A stretch of 55,463 nucleotides of DNA from a virus (IMGVR_UViG_3300037584_004704:1-55463); one strand, 5' to 3'. Numbered from the stretch's first letter, positions 36,992-45,782 are shown. Translations and numbers: made by a program. The notes: a model not told the origin generated them from the letters alone.

Positions 36992-36993
36992 TA

Positions 36994-37407
36994 ATGCTAT
37001 CTAAATTATTAGGCGGATCTTTAGTAGACACTGTCGGTAAAGTCATCGACAGTGTCCACACCTCAGAAGAGGAGAAACTTGCCGCAAGAAATAAACTTAA
37101 AGAATTAGAAAATCAGATCAATTCCAAACAAATGGATATCAACTTAGCTGACGCTAAGTCTACTGCTACAGGTTTTGGTGGTATGATGCAGCGATCGTGG
37201 CGTCCCCTAATCGGAATGTCCTGTGCGTTAGCGATTTTGTGGGAATTTGTGTTAAAACAATTTATTATGTTCGGTTTAGCTGCATTTAGTATAGAACATG
37301 CACCTTTACCTGAGCTTGACATGTCGACTTTATTCCCGCTTGTCACAGCCTTGCTCGGAATGTCCGGACTCCGCTCATGGGAAAAAAGTAAGAAACTCAC
37401 AAAATGA
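36994..37407 (+). CDS. Holin (3TM holin-like)
   Basis: SWRPLIG and LLGMSGLRSWEK motifs; transmembrane segments. Confidence 0.75.
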   Translation: MLSKLLGGSLVDTVGKVIDSVHTSEEEKLAARNKLKELENQINSKQMDINLADAKSTATGFGGMMQRSWRPLIGMSCALAILWEFVLKQFIMFGLAAFSIEHAPLPELDMSTLFPLVTALLGMSGLRSWEKSKKLTK

Positions 37408-37505
37408 CCATTTGTATAAAATGTCAATGTGCTTGTCATTGTGACACCTCTTGTATTTGGTGTGGGTGTGTAGGTTGTACTCATGAAGAAACAGAAGACG
37501 AATAG
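37404..37505 (+). CDS. Cys-rich metallothionein-like peptide (33 aa)
   Basis: ATGA coupling to the holin; 9 Cys and 2 His. Confidence 0.5.
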   Translation: MTICIKCQCACHCDTSCIWCGCVGCTHEETEDE

Positions 37506-37620
37506 CACTATTGATCATGTAGTTAAAAAGACTACAATAGGTAATGGTAGAATAAGTACGTCTACCATGAATAAACATAAGCGACGAAGCTTTAAACCAT
37601 ATAGGGGACAAGGACGATGA
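37483..37620 (+). CDS. Small basic protein (45 aa)
   Basis: Ends ...MNKHKRRSFKPYRGQGR. Confidence 0.6.
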   Translation: MKKQKTNSTIDHVVKKTTIGNGRISTSTMNKHKRRSFKPYRGQGR

Positions 37621-37736
37621 AAAAAAAATTAAAACCAATACCAGCAGGTAACAAAGGATTACCAAAACTACCTAAACCTATTCGTGCTAAAATGGGTTTT
37701 CTAAAAAAAGGTGGAAGGGTTAAAAAGAAAAAATAA
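37617..37736 (+). CDS. Small basic protein (39 aa)
   Basis: NKGLPKLPK...MGFLKKGGRV; start and stop both coupled to neighbours. Confidence 0.6.
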   Translation: MKKKLKPIPAGNKGLPKLPKPIRAKMGFLKKGGRVKKKK

Positions 37737-38005
37737 TGGGTAAATTATGCGCGAGAGGAAAAGCTGCTGCTAAGCGGAAATTTAAAGTCTACCCTAGCGC
37801 GTATGCTAATATGTATGCAAGCGGGGTTTGTAGTGGAAAGATTACACCAGGAGGTAAGAAAAATAAAAAAGCTGATGGTGGTATGATTTCTAGTAATCAA
37901 GTATCACAAGATAGAAAAAAAGTTTCTAGTTACGGTCAAGGTGGTATTGCTAAAGGTTGTGGTGCTGTTTTAAAAAAGAAAAGAAAAAAAACTAAAAAGT
38001 ATTAA
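37736..38005 (+). CDS. Small basic protein
   Basis: AKRKFKVYPSAYAN motif. Confidence 0.7.
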   Translation: MGKLCARGKAAAKRKFKVYPSAYANMYASGVCSGKITPGGKKNKKADGGMISSNQVSQDRKKVSSYGQGGIAKGCGAVLKKKRKKTKKY

Positions 38006-38286
38006 TGGCTAAAAAAGGATTAAGATCTTGGGTAAAAGAAAATTGGGTAGACATAGCCAATAAAAAATCTGATGGTTCTTATCCTAAATGTGGTAGAAGC
38101 GGTGGAGAAAAAAGAAAAAACTATCCTAAGTGTGTCCCCATAGCAAAAGCAAGGGCCATGTCTAAAGGACAAAAAGCAGGAGCCGTTAGAAGAAAACAAG
38201 CTAAATCAAACACAGGACCAACACCTTCAAGAGCAGCAACATTTGCACCTAAAAGAAAAAAAATGTCTATGGGTGGTATGGTGTGA
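38005..38286 (+). CDS. Small basic protein
   Basis: GLRSWVKENWVDI...YPKCVP. Confidence 0.7.
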   Translation: MAKKGLRSWVKENWVDIANKKSDGSYPKCGRSGGEKRKNYPKCVPIAKARAMSKGQKAGAVRRKQAKSNTGPTPSRAATFAPKRKKMSMGGMV

Positions 38287-38564
38287 GAAAAGCAGATAAG
38301 CAACCACCTAAAACTAAAAAATACTTTCGTTCCACGAAGAGTGGGGCAGGTATGACGAAAGCAGGGGTCGCTCGTTACAGAGCAGAGAATCCTGGTTCAA
38401 AATTAAAAACAGCAGTCACAGGCAAAGTTAAACCAGGTAGTAAAGCTGCTAAAAGAAGAAAATCGTTTTGTGCTAGAAGCGCAGGACAAATGAAAAAATT
38501 TCCAAAAGCCGCTAAAGATCCAAATTCTAGATTAAGACAAGCTAGGAAAAGATGGAGATGTTAA
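38283..38564 (+). CDS. Small basic protein
   Basis: RRKSFCARS...DPNSRLRQARKRWRC. Confidence 0.7.
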   Translation: MRKADKQPPKTKKYFRSTKSGAGMTKAGVARYRAENPGSKLKTAVTGKVKPGSKAAKRRKSFCARSAGQMKKFPKAAKDPNSRLRQARKRWRC

Positions 38565-39112
38565 AAGCATACTTCTATCTTTTTTGCGCCTTTTTATCTT
38601 TAGTCTTTATGTTTTTATCAATTCAAAATTCTTGGGGTGAGACAAATACCGTGTCGAGCACTGTAGTTAATAATACACCACCAACAGCAAATGCACCTGT
38701 AATTCCAAACTCAAATTCAGATATATGTAAGGTTGGTGTTGGCGGAAGTGTACAAAATAATGTGTTAGGTCTAGCTACAGGCGTACTTATAGATGATGAG
38801 CTGTGTCAGCTTTTAAAATTATCTAAGACTCAATTCGCTTTTGGCATGAAAGTGTCGGCCGTATCTATCCTTTGTCAAGACCCACGTGTTTGGGATTCAA
38901 TGACCGATGCCGGGACCCCGTGCCCTGTACGAGGTTTCATCGGGGCCGAGGCAGCTCAATATTGGGCAGATAACCCTTCAGAGATTCCAGACGGCAGTAG
39001 ATACAAAACTGAATATGTTGCACAAGTTAAAGTAGAAGAACAACCAAAAGGAGATATCAATGCTATTAAGAATTTTGGTCTTATTGCTCTCTCTATGTTA
39101 CTCTTACTCTAA
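38552..39112 (+). CDS. Exported/membrane protein with conserved Cys
   Basis: N-terminal signal/TM segment and C-terminal hydrophobic tail. Confidence 0.6.
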   Translation: MEMLKAYFYLFCAFLSLVFMFLSIQNSWGETNTVSSTVVNNTPPTANAPVIPNSNSDICKVGVGGSVQNNVLGLATGVLIDDELCQLLKLSKTQFAFGMKVSAVSILCQDPRVWDSMTDAGTPCPVRGFIGAEAAQYWADNPSEIPDGSRYKTEYVAQVKVEEQPKGDINAIKNFGLIALSMLLLL

Positions 39113-40493
39113 AGCTGATTGTGTGCCCGATACAGCAGGACTTTGCACTCCTGGTGTTACTATCACAGAAGAGTCTGAAACTGTCATAACAGAAGAGGAT
39201 TTAGGAACAGAGATTGTTACAACGACAACAACCACTGTTACAACTACAACTGAAACTATCACAAACTCAAACTCAGGAGATATACTAGACGGATCTAATG
39301 GTTATGTATCTTCAAGCAAAGAAGGTGACATGGACATTGATTGGGGCGGTCAAGGTGGTGCTAACATGCCTTCAGGTAATTCTTGTTATGATTTAGGTTC
39401 AGATAAGTGTGCTCAAATTACAGGCAGTGGTAACTCAACATCTACTATGGGTGTGTCTGGTATGGGAACTACATTCATAAATACAGTTGACATATCTGAT
39501 TTACAAATAGATAAGGGTGGCCAAGTTAGATACACAATTGAAGTAGATAAACAAGATGCTCAAGATAGAATATACATGCACATTACAGGACTTAACGGAA
39601 CTAGTCAGGTCTTTTCAGGTACTGACATCCTGTCTGAATCTGGAGTATCAACCGGCTATGAATCTTATAACGGTTCTTTCGATTTCGCTGGTGTATTAAA
39701 TAAAATAGTTATCGAAGTAGGTGGTAGGGATATTAACCTTGCCATCGGTCCTTTGTTTGATGACGTTACAGTTGATATTTTTTATAATGTTATCAACACT
39801 ATCATAACTCAACAAATCACCACAATCGAAGAAATATATTACCTCAATCTTTTTGATACTGTTGAACTAGATTTTGTTGAAGAGGTATTTGAATATAATG
39901 ATATTAGTGTTGATGATGGAGAAATTTCTTTTGCTCCAATTGAACCTGAAGTAGAAGAAATTACTATCGCAAGTGTTGAGATAGAAATAGCTGAGATAGA
40001 GATTAATTTACCTGAACCTGAAGTTGAGATTGTTGAGGTAGAAACAGAAGTTGAAATAGAGATTGAGATGGAAATGGAAGAAATTGTAGTTGTAGAAGCA
40101 GAACCAGAGGAAGAACCTATAGAAGAATCTCAAGAAGAATCACAGGAACCAGAACCAGAAGAAACGCAAACACCACAAAAAGAAGAAGATCCAGAAGAAA
40201 AGGTAGAAGAAGAGAAAGCATCGGAGCCTAAAGTATCAAAGAAAGAAAAAGCTGCTACCAAAATAGTAAAAAAAATTGACGATAAAGCAAGGTATGATGA
40301 CGCTGCTCAAACTAAAACATTAATTGTGATGCAAATACTAGGAAACACAAAAACATTTTTTGATAGTCAATCGTACCTTCAAGATACAAATGTGACAGAA
40401 TATTTAAACAAGACAATAGACGATCAATATGGTATGCTATTTAATATGGCACAAGATAATACAATTTCGGAGATGATAGATGCCCAGTATTGA
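39060..40493 (+). CDS. Exported protein with a long acidic Glu/Pro region
   Basis: Signal-like N-terminus; Glu-rich tract. Confidence 0.6.
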   Translation: MLLRILVLLLSLCYSYSKADCVPDTAGLCTPGVTITEESETVITEEDLGTEIVTTTTTTVTTTTETITNSNSGDILDGSNGYVSSSKEGDMDIDWGGQGGANMPSGNSCYDLGSDKCAQITGSGNSTSTMGVSGMGTTFINTVDISDLQIDKGGQVRYTIEVDKQDAQDRIYMHITGLNGTSQVFSGTDILSESGVSTGYESYNGSFDFAGVLNKIVIEVGGRDINLAIGPLFDDVTVDIFYNVINTIITQQITTIEEIYYLNLFDTVELDFVEEVFEYNDISVDDGEISFAPIEPEVEEITIASVEIEIAEIEINLPEPEVEIVEVETEVEIEIEMEMEEIVVVEAEPEEEPIEESQEESQEPEPEETQTPQKEEDPEEKVEEEKASEPKVSKKEKAATKIVKKIDDKARYDDAAQTKTLIVMQILGNTKTFFDSQSYLQDTNVTEYLNKTIDDQYGMLFNMAQDNTISEMIDAQY

Positions 40494-40941
40494 GTATAGC
40501 GGGATGAAGATTACCGGGGGGAAGGTGTTTGCCATCTTTACTTTACTAGGTGCTCTTGGTGGTGCTGCATGGACAGGCTTCACTTTCTATCAAGATTATC
40601 TCAACATGAAGGAGAAGATAACTCTATATACTGAGCCAGACCTCTCTCAATATGATGAAGGTATGGCTGTGTTAAAATCAGAAATAGATATGATACTGCA
40701 AGAAATAACTATAATTAGTGACGTAGCACGTGATATGCGTTCAGATATGAAGGCTGATTTACGTCAACAATCTGGAGATATTCGACACATAACTGAAATT
40801 GTAAATGATGTGGAAGATAGGCAAAAAGAAGATAATAGAGAGCTTCTTAATGAAATGAAATTACTAGAAGAAAGTCTTGACTTAAAGATAGATAAAGCTT
40901 TAAATAACCCTTTAAGTGGAATGTCCGCTAAAACAAAATGA
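40480..40941 (+). CDS. TM plus coiled-coil protein
   Basis: N-terminal TM; ends KIDKALNNPL. Confidence 0.6.
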   Translation: MPSIEYSGMKITGGKVFAIFTLLGALGGAAWTGFTFYQDYLNMKEKITLYTEPDLSQYDEGMAVLKSEIDMILQEITIISDVARDMRSDMKADLRQQSGDIRHITEIVNDVEDRQKEDNRELLNEMKLLEESLDLKIDKALNNPLSGMSAKTK

Positions 40942-40952
40942 GGAGTATATCA

Positions 40953-41000
40953 ATGTGTGACTGTAAAACAGATCAGGACTGTATATGTCGTTTAAGATAG
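40953..41000 (+). CDS. Cys-rich micropeptide (15 aa)
   Basis: AGGAG RBS; MCDCKTDQDCICRLR. Confidence 0.3.
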   Translation: MCDCKTDQDCICRLR

Positions 41001-41212
41001 AACTTAAAACTATTCTACCTTATGTTGTTTTAATAGCAACAATTGGTATGACATGGGGTATGTGGTCAGAGAGACTTAATGCAGTGGAAAAGAAAGCTGA
41101 TAGTGTTGCAGAAATGCAACAAGATATAGCTATTATTAAAAGTAAAATTCTTGATATGGACGATAGAGTTGCATGGATAGAAGAATTTTTAATTAAAACC
41201 TCAGATTTTTAA
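40985..41212 (+). CDS. TM plus coiled-coil small protein
   Basis: ORF track. Confidence 0.55.
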   Translation: MSFKIELKTILPYVVLIATIGMTWGMWSERLNAVEKKADSVAEMQQDIAIIKSKILDMDDRVAWIEEFLIKTSDF

Positions 41213-41361
41213 TGGCCATATCTAGGGCCCAAGTCTCTAAACAAGTTTCTAAACCACCCCAAAAAAAGAAGTGGTCTATGAAAAGAAAAAGAAAAATTAA
41301 CTGTAACAACCCTAGAGGTTTTAGTGAAAAAGCACATTGTGCAGGAAGGAAAAAAAGATGA
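41212..41361 (+). CDS. Small basic protein (49 aa) with a capsid-like N-terminus
   Basis: MAISRAQVSKQ...INCNNPRGFSEKAHCAGRKKR. Confidence 0.6.
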   Translation: MAISRAQVSKQVSKPPQKKKWSMKRKRKINCNNPRGFSEKAHCAGRKKR

Positions 41362-41495
41362 AACAAGCCAAAAAGAAAATAAAAAAAGTAATTAAAGGTT
41401 TGAAGAAAGCTTCTAAATTACATGCTGGTCAAGCTAAAACATTGAAAGGAGTCATAGGTGGCGGATCCAAAAACGGGAACGGGAAAAAAGCCTAA
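41358..41495 (+). CDS. Small basic protein (45 aa)
   Basis: KKVIKGLKKASKLHAGQAKTL. Confidence 0.55.
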   Translation: MKQAKKKIKKVIKGLKKASKLHAGQAKTLKGVIGGGSKNGNGKKA

Positions 41496-41736
41496 AGGCT
41501 CTGGAAGAAGATTATATACGGATGAGAATCCTAAAGACACTGTCGGCATTAAATTTGCAACTAAAACTGACGCTAAGAACACGGTTGCGAAAGTTAAAAA
41601 GGTTAAGAAACCGTTTGCGAGGAAAATTCAAATCCTTACTGTTGCTGAACAAAGAGCAAAAGTAATGGGTAAAAATGAAATTGCTAGCATTTTTAAAAAA
41701 GGAAAAGAAAGTATTAGAAAATCACATAAGACTTAA
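41458..41736 (+). CDS. Small basic protein
   Basis: GSGRRLYTDENPKDTV motif. Confidence 0.65.
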   Translation: MADPKTGTGKKPKGSGRRLYTDENPKDTVGIKFATKTDAKNTVAKVKKVKKPFARKIQILTVAEQRAKVMGKNEIASIFKKGKESIRKSHKT

Positions 41737-41838
41737 TGAATAGTTGGTAGATCAAATTCGAAATCCACTATAACTGTTAAATCTTCATTTTCTGGTTTTG
41801 GGTCGCTCATTCTATAAAAATATACGAAAGGAAAAATA

Positions 41839-42033
41839 ATGGAAGAACTTAATGTAGTATATAAACTACAAAGATATTTAAAACAATCTATCCAGGACTG
41901 TACGGATACCATTTTGTCAGGTGTTGACAGTCTTGAAAAATATCAATATCTTATTGGCAAAGTTCAAGGATTTGAACAAACACTACAGGAACTCTCTAAC
42001 CTGCTAGATAACAAGGAGCAAAACGATGACTAA
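41839..42033 (+). CDS. Hypothetical protein upstream of GroES
   Basis: AAGGA RBS. Confidence 0.6.
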   Translation: MEELNVVYKLQRYLKQSIQDCTDTILSGVDSLEKYQYLIGKVQGFEQTLQELSNLLDNKEQNDD

Positions 42034-42463
42034 ACACGCACTACAAGAGAAATATAAAGAAGAGGATAAAAAACAAGCAGAAGAAGATAAGAATAAAGTT
42101 AGAGCTGAAAATCTATCTAAAGAAGTATTAGAAAAACTGCCCAACCCTTCTGGTTGGAGAATATTGGTATTACCTTTCGAACCTAAAGATAAAACTAAAG
42201 GTGGTATTATCATAGCTCAAGAATCACTAGACAAGTTACGAATAGCTACTAATTGTGGTTATGTTATAAAGGTTGGACCTTTGGCGTATAAAGATGAAAA
42301 TAAATTTTATACTGGCCCTTGGTGCAAAAAAGGCGATTGGGTTATTTTTGCTCGATACGCTGGATCACGGCTCCCGATTGAAGGTGGAGAAGTGCGATTA
42401 CTAAACGATGATGAAGTCTTAGGAACAATTAGTAACCCTGAAGATATTCTACATCATATATAA
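42026..42463 (+). CDS. groES: GroES-like co-chaperonin
   Basis: PSGWRILV, KTKGGII, GDWVIFARYAG and LLNDDEVLG. Confidence 0.85.
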   Translation: MTKHALQEKYKEEDKKQAEEDKNKVRAENLSKEVLEKLPNPSGWRILVLPFEPKDKTKGGIIIAQESLDKLRIATNCGYVIKVGPLAYKDENKFYTGPWCKKGDWVIFARYAGSRLPIEGGEVRLLNDDEVLGTISNPEDILHHI

Positions 42464-42478
42464 ACATAGGAGAAAACT

Positions 42479-43456
42479 ATGCCCGAAGAACTAAAAAGAG
42501 AAGAACCAATGGTTGACGTTGGTGAAGTAGAGGGAGCAGAAATAGATTTAGATAAAGATAATTCTGCACCAGAACAAAAAGAAGAATTACAAGTTGAAGA
42601 AACAACTGATTCGGGAGAAGATACAACACAAGAAACTGAAGAAACAAAAGAAGAAGCACCACAGAAAGAAGAACTTGAACAATATAGCGAAGGTGTAAAA
42701 AAGAGAATTGCAAAGCTTACACGTAAAATGCGTGAAGCAGAACGTCAGAAAGAAGAAGCGATTACCTATGCAAAAACAATAGCAGATAGACAAAAAGAAC
42801 TTCAAGACAGATATCAAAGTTTAGATACAAACTATGTTTCTGAATTTGAAAATAGAGTAAAATCAAATCTTGAAGCAGCTAAAATAAAATTAAAATCAGC
42901 TATAGATGCACAGGACGTAGATGCTCAAATAGCAGCTCAAACAGAGATATCTTCTTTGACCATGGATGCTGCAAGATTAAATCAAGTCAAAGCACAAAAA
43001 CCTACTAGGTCTTTACAGGAAGAAGAAAAACCTGTCGCACAACCACAAGGAGGTTATGCTAATCCGAGTCAATTAAAAGAAGCTGCACAACAAATGGACC
43101 CTAAAGCGGAAGCCTGGGCAGCTAAAAACACTTGGTTTGGCACTGATAATGCTATGACTTATACAGCATTTGACATACACAAGAAACTAACTGAGGAAGA
43201 AGGATATGACCCTTCTAGTGAAGAGTATTATCAAGAAGTGGATAAAAGGATAAGACTTGAATTTCCTCAAAAATTTGGTACAACAGAAAATACTACACAA
43301 GAGAAACCTTCTCAAACTGTAGCTTCAGCCAAACGTCCGGCAATGACAGGACGCCGTAAAACTGTGAAACTCACACCATCACAGGTCGCAATAGCTAAAC
43401 GATTAGGTGTGCCACTTGAAGAATATGCGAAACAATTAGTCGCGAAGGAGGCATAA
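42479..43456 (+). CDS. Scaffolding protein
   Basis: Acidic coiled coil ending AIAKRLGVPLEEYAK; upstream of the capsid gene. Confidence 0.7.
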   Translation: MPEELKREEPMVDVGEVEGAEIDLDKDNSAPEQKEELQVEETTDSGEDTTQETEETKEEAPQKEELEQYSEGVKKRIAKLTRKMREAERQKEEAITYAKTIADRQKELQDRYQSLDTNYVSEFENRVKSNLEAAKIKLKSAIDAQDVDAQIAAQTEISSLTMDAARLNQVKAQKPTRSLQEEEKPVAQPQGGYANPSQLKEAAQQMDPKAEAWAAKNTWFGTDNAMTYTAFDIHKKLTEEEGYDPSSEEYYQEVDKRIRLEFPQKFGTTENTTQEKPSQTVASAKRPAMTGRRKTVKLTPSQVAIAKRLGVPLEEYAKQLVAKEA

Positions 43457-43460
43457 GCAT

Positions 43461-43928
43461 ATGGAAAACGAAACTAAGATAAATAAAACTTCCCGCGCGA
43501 GTCAAACTCGAGTTAAAGAGTCTCGAAAACAAGTTTGGACTCCTCCATCATCTTTAGATGCACCCCCTGCTCCAACAGGATACAGACACCGTTGGATAAG
43601 AGCCGAAAGTATGGGCCTAGATGATACTAAAAATATCATGGGTAAAATGAGGTCTGGATGGGAATTAGTGAGAGCTGATGAATATCCAGAAGAAGATTTT
43701 CCAACCGTACAAGACGGAAAACATAGTGGGGTAATCGGAGTTGGTGGCCTACTGCTAGCTAGGATACCGGAAGAGATCGCAAAATCTCGAGAAGAATACT
43801 TTAAACAACAAGTAGCTGATCGAGAACAAGCAGTTGAAAACGATCTTATGAAGGAGCAGCATAATGCGATGCCGATCAATCAAGATCGACAGAGCCGTGT
43901 AACTTTTGGTGGCTCCAAGAAGAACTAA
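43461..43928 (+). CDS. Head morphogenesis protein
   Basis: Between scaffold and capsid genes. Confidence 0.55.
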   Translation: MENETKINKTSRASQTRVKESRKQVWTPPSSLDAPPAPTGYRHRWIRAESMGLDDTKNIMGKMRSGWELVRADEYPEEDFPTVQDGKHSGVIGVGGLLLARIPEEIAKSREEYFKQQVADREQAVENDLMKEQHNAMPINQDRQSRVTFGGSKKN

Positions 43929-43979
43929 TCTTTTAGTTATTCCGAATCATCAATTAAACTAACAAAGGAGTAAAACAAA

Positions 43980-44549
43980 ATGGCAAATCAAGATAGCCCA
44001 AATGGTTTGAAACCTGTTGGTAAGATTGGACAAAACGCAGATAACCAGGGTATGTCCGAATATCAGATAGCAGACAACGAAGCGTCTTCTATCTTCCAAG
44101 GCGACCCTGTTATACCACAAGCCTCTAACACAGGTTTTATTGATGTGGCTGCTGCTGGCAATACACTACTAGGTGTATTTTGGGGATGTAATTTTACAGA
44201 TCCAACAACCGGAAAACCAACGTTTCGAAACCATTACACACAAACTAATATCACTTCTGGTGATATTGACGCTTTCGTATATGACGATCCTTACGAAAGA
44301 TTCGAAGTACAAGGTGATGGTGCTTCAGCAAGAACAGATATATTTAAAGTAGCAGATATCGTGTACGCTGCTGGTTCAACAGTAAATGGAACATCCAATG
44401 TTGAATTAGACGTGTCAGATTTAGCTGCAACTGACGGCCAACTAAGAGTTGTCGGTATATCTACTGATCCGAACAATAGCGAATTGGGTTCTGATAATAT
44501 AAACTACATTGTTTATATCAACGAACACACATTCCACACAGCATTATAA
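43980..44549 (+). CDS. Capsid decoration / minor capsid protein
   Basis: MANQDSPNGLKPV...IFQGD; directly upstream of the MCP. Confidence 0.6.
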   Translation: MANQDSPNGLKPVGKIGQNADNQGMSEYQIADNEASSIFQGDPVIPQASNTGFIDVAAAGNTLLGVFWGCNFTDPTTGKPTFRNHYTQTNITSGDIDAFVYDDPYERFEVQGDGASARTDIFKVADIVYAAGSTVNGTSNVELDVSDLAATDGQLRVVGISTDPNNSELGSDNINYIVYINEHTFHTAL

Positions 44550-44565
44550 TAGGAGTAATTAAATT

Positions 44566-45471
44566 ATGGCTATATCACGTAATCAACTAGTTAAAGAACT
44601 AGAGCCAGGTTTGAATGCACTATTCGGCTTGGAATACAATCGTTATGAAAATCAACACGAGGAAATCTACACCAAAGAAACTTCAGACAGAGCTTTCGAA
44701 GAGGAAGTAATGTTAAGTGGTTTCGCCGGTGCTAGTGTTAAACCAGAGGGTTCTGGCGTTGTCTATGACAATGGTCAGGAAACCTACACAGCAAGATATC
44801 AGCATGAGACTGTTGCATTAGCTTTCGCAATTACAGAGGAAGCTATTGAAGACAACCTTTATGATAGACTGTCAAGCAGATACACAAAAGCTTTAGCACG
44901 TTCAATGGCTAACACCAAACAGGTGAAAGCAGCTAACGTATTAAACAGAGCTTTTAACTCTAGCTTTGCAGGTGGTGATGGTAAGGAGCTTTGTGCTACT
45001 GACCACCCAACTATCTTTGGTACTGTCAGCAATGAATTAGCAACATCTGCTGATCTCTCTGAAACATCTATTGAACAAGCATTGATTGATATTAATGCAT
45101 TCAGAGATGAGAGAGGATTGAAAGTTGCAGCGCAAGGAGTAAAAATGATTATTCCTTCAGAACTTCAATTCACAGCAGAGAGAATTATGAAATCTGCTAA
45201 TAGAGTTGGCACAGCAGATAATGACTTGAATGCATTAAAGAGCATGGGAATGGTCCCACAAGGTTATGTAGTGAACAACTACTTAACTGATACTGATGCT
45301 TTCTTCATTATTACTGATGTTCCTAACGGTATGAAATACTTTGAAAGATCACCAATCAAAACTTCAATGGAAGGTGATTTTGATACCGGTAACGTAAGAT
45401 ACAAAGCAAGAGAGAGATATTCTTTCGGCTTCTCTGACTTCAGAGGTATCTTTGGTTCACCAGGTGCATAA
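44566..45471 (+). CDS. Major capsid protein (Mu gpT-like)
   Basis: MAISRNQLVKELEPGLNALFG...RYKARERYSFG; AGGAG RBS; terminator downstream. Confidence 0.9.
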   Translation: MAISRNQLVKELEPGLNALFGLEYNRYENQHEEIYTKETSDRAFEEEVMLSGFAGASVKPEGSGVVYDNGQETYTARYQHETVALAFAITEEAIEDNLYDRLSSRYTKALARSMANTKQVKAANVLNRAFNSSFAGGDGKELCATDHPTIFGTVSNELATSADLSETSIEQALIDINAFRDERGLKVAAQGVKMIIPSELQFTAERIMKSANRVGTADNDLNALKSMGMVPQGYVVNNYLTDTDAFFIITDVPNGMKYFERSPIKTSMEGDFDTGNVRYKARERYSFGFSDFRGIFGSPGA

Positions 45472-45494
45472 TAAGTAATTTTATAAATACTTTT

Positions 45495-45521
45495 AAAAGG
45501 GGCCTTATGGCCCCTTTTTTT
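45495..45521 (+). terminator. Intrinsic terminator after the MCP gene
   Basis: AAAAGGGGCC TTAT GGCCCCTTTTTTT. Confidence 0.85.
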
Positions 45522-45596
45522 ATGGGAAAGTTCCTTGACTTTATGGGAAATTAATGTACAAAATAAAAGCGGATAATATTGACAAGGAGATATATT

Positions 45597-45782
45597 ATGA
45601 CCGCAGTATCACAGTCTTTAATCGCTGAGAAAATTAAACTCGAATCTCAGTGGAATTCTCATTATCTTAATTCTGGTAAAGAAACTCTTGAAATGAAATC
45701 TATTGAAGAGAGAATTAAAAGAATCTTAGCTAAAATAAGATGGAGACATCAAGACTATGAGAGTCATTTATTTTTTAAATAA
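45597..45782 (+). CDS. Small moron-like gene with its own promoter
   Basis: TTGACT promoter at 45535 flanked by TATGGGA motifs; AGGAG RBS. Confidence 0.55.
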   Translation: MTAVSQSLIAEKIKLESQWNSHYLNSGKETLEMKSIEERIKRILAKIRWRHQDYESHLFFK

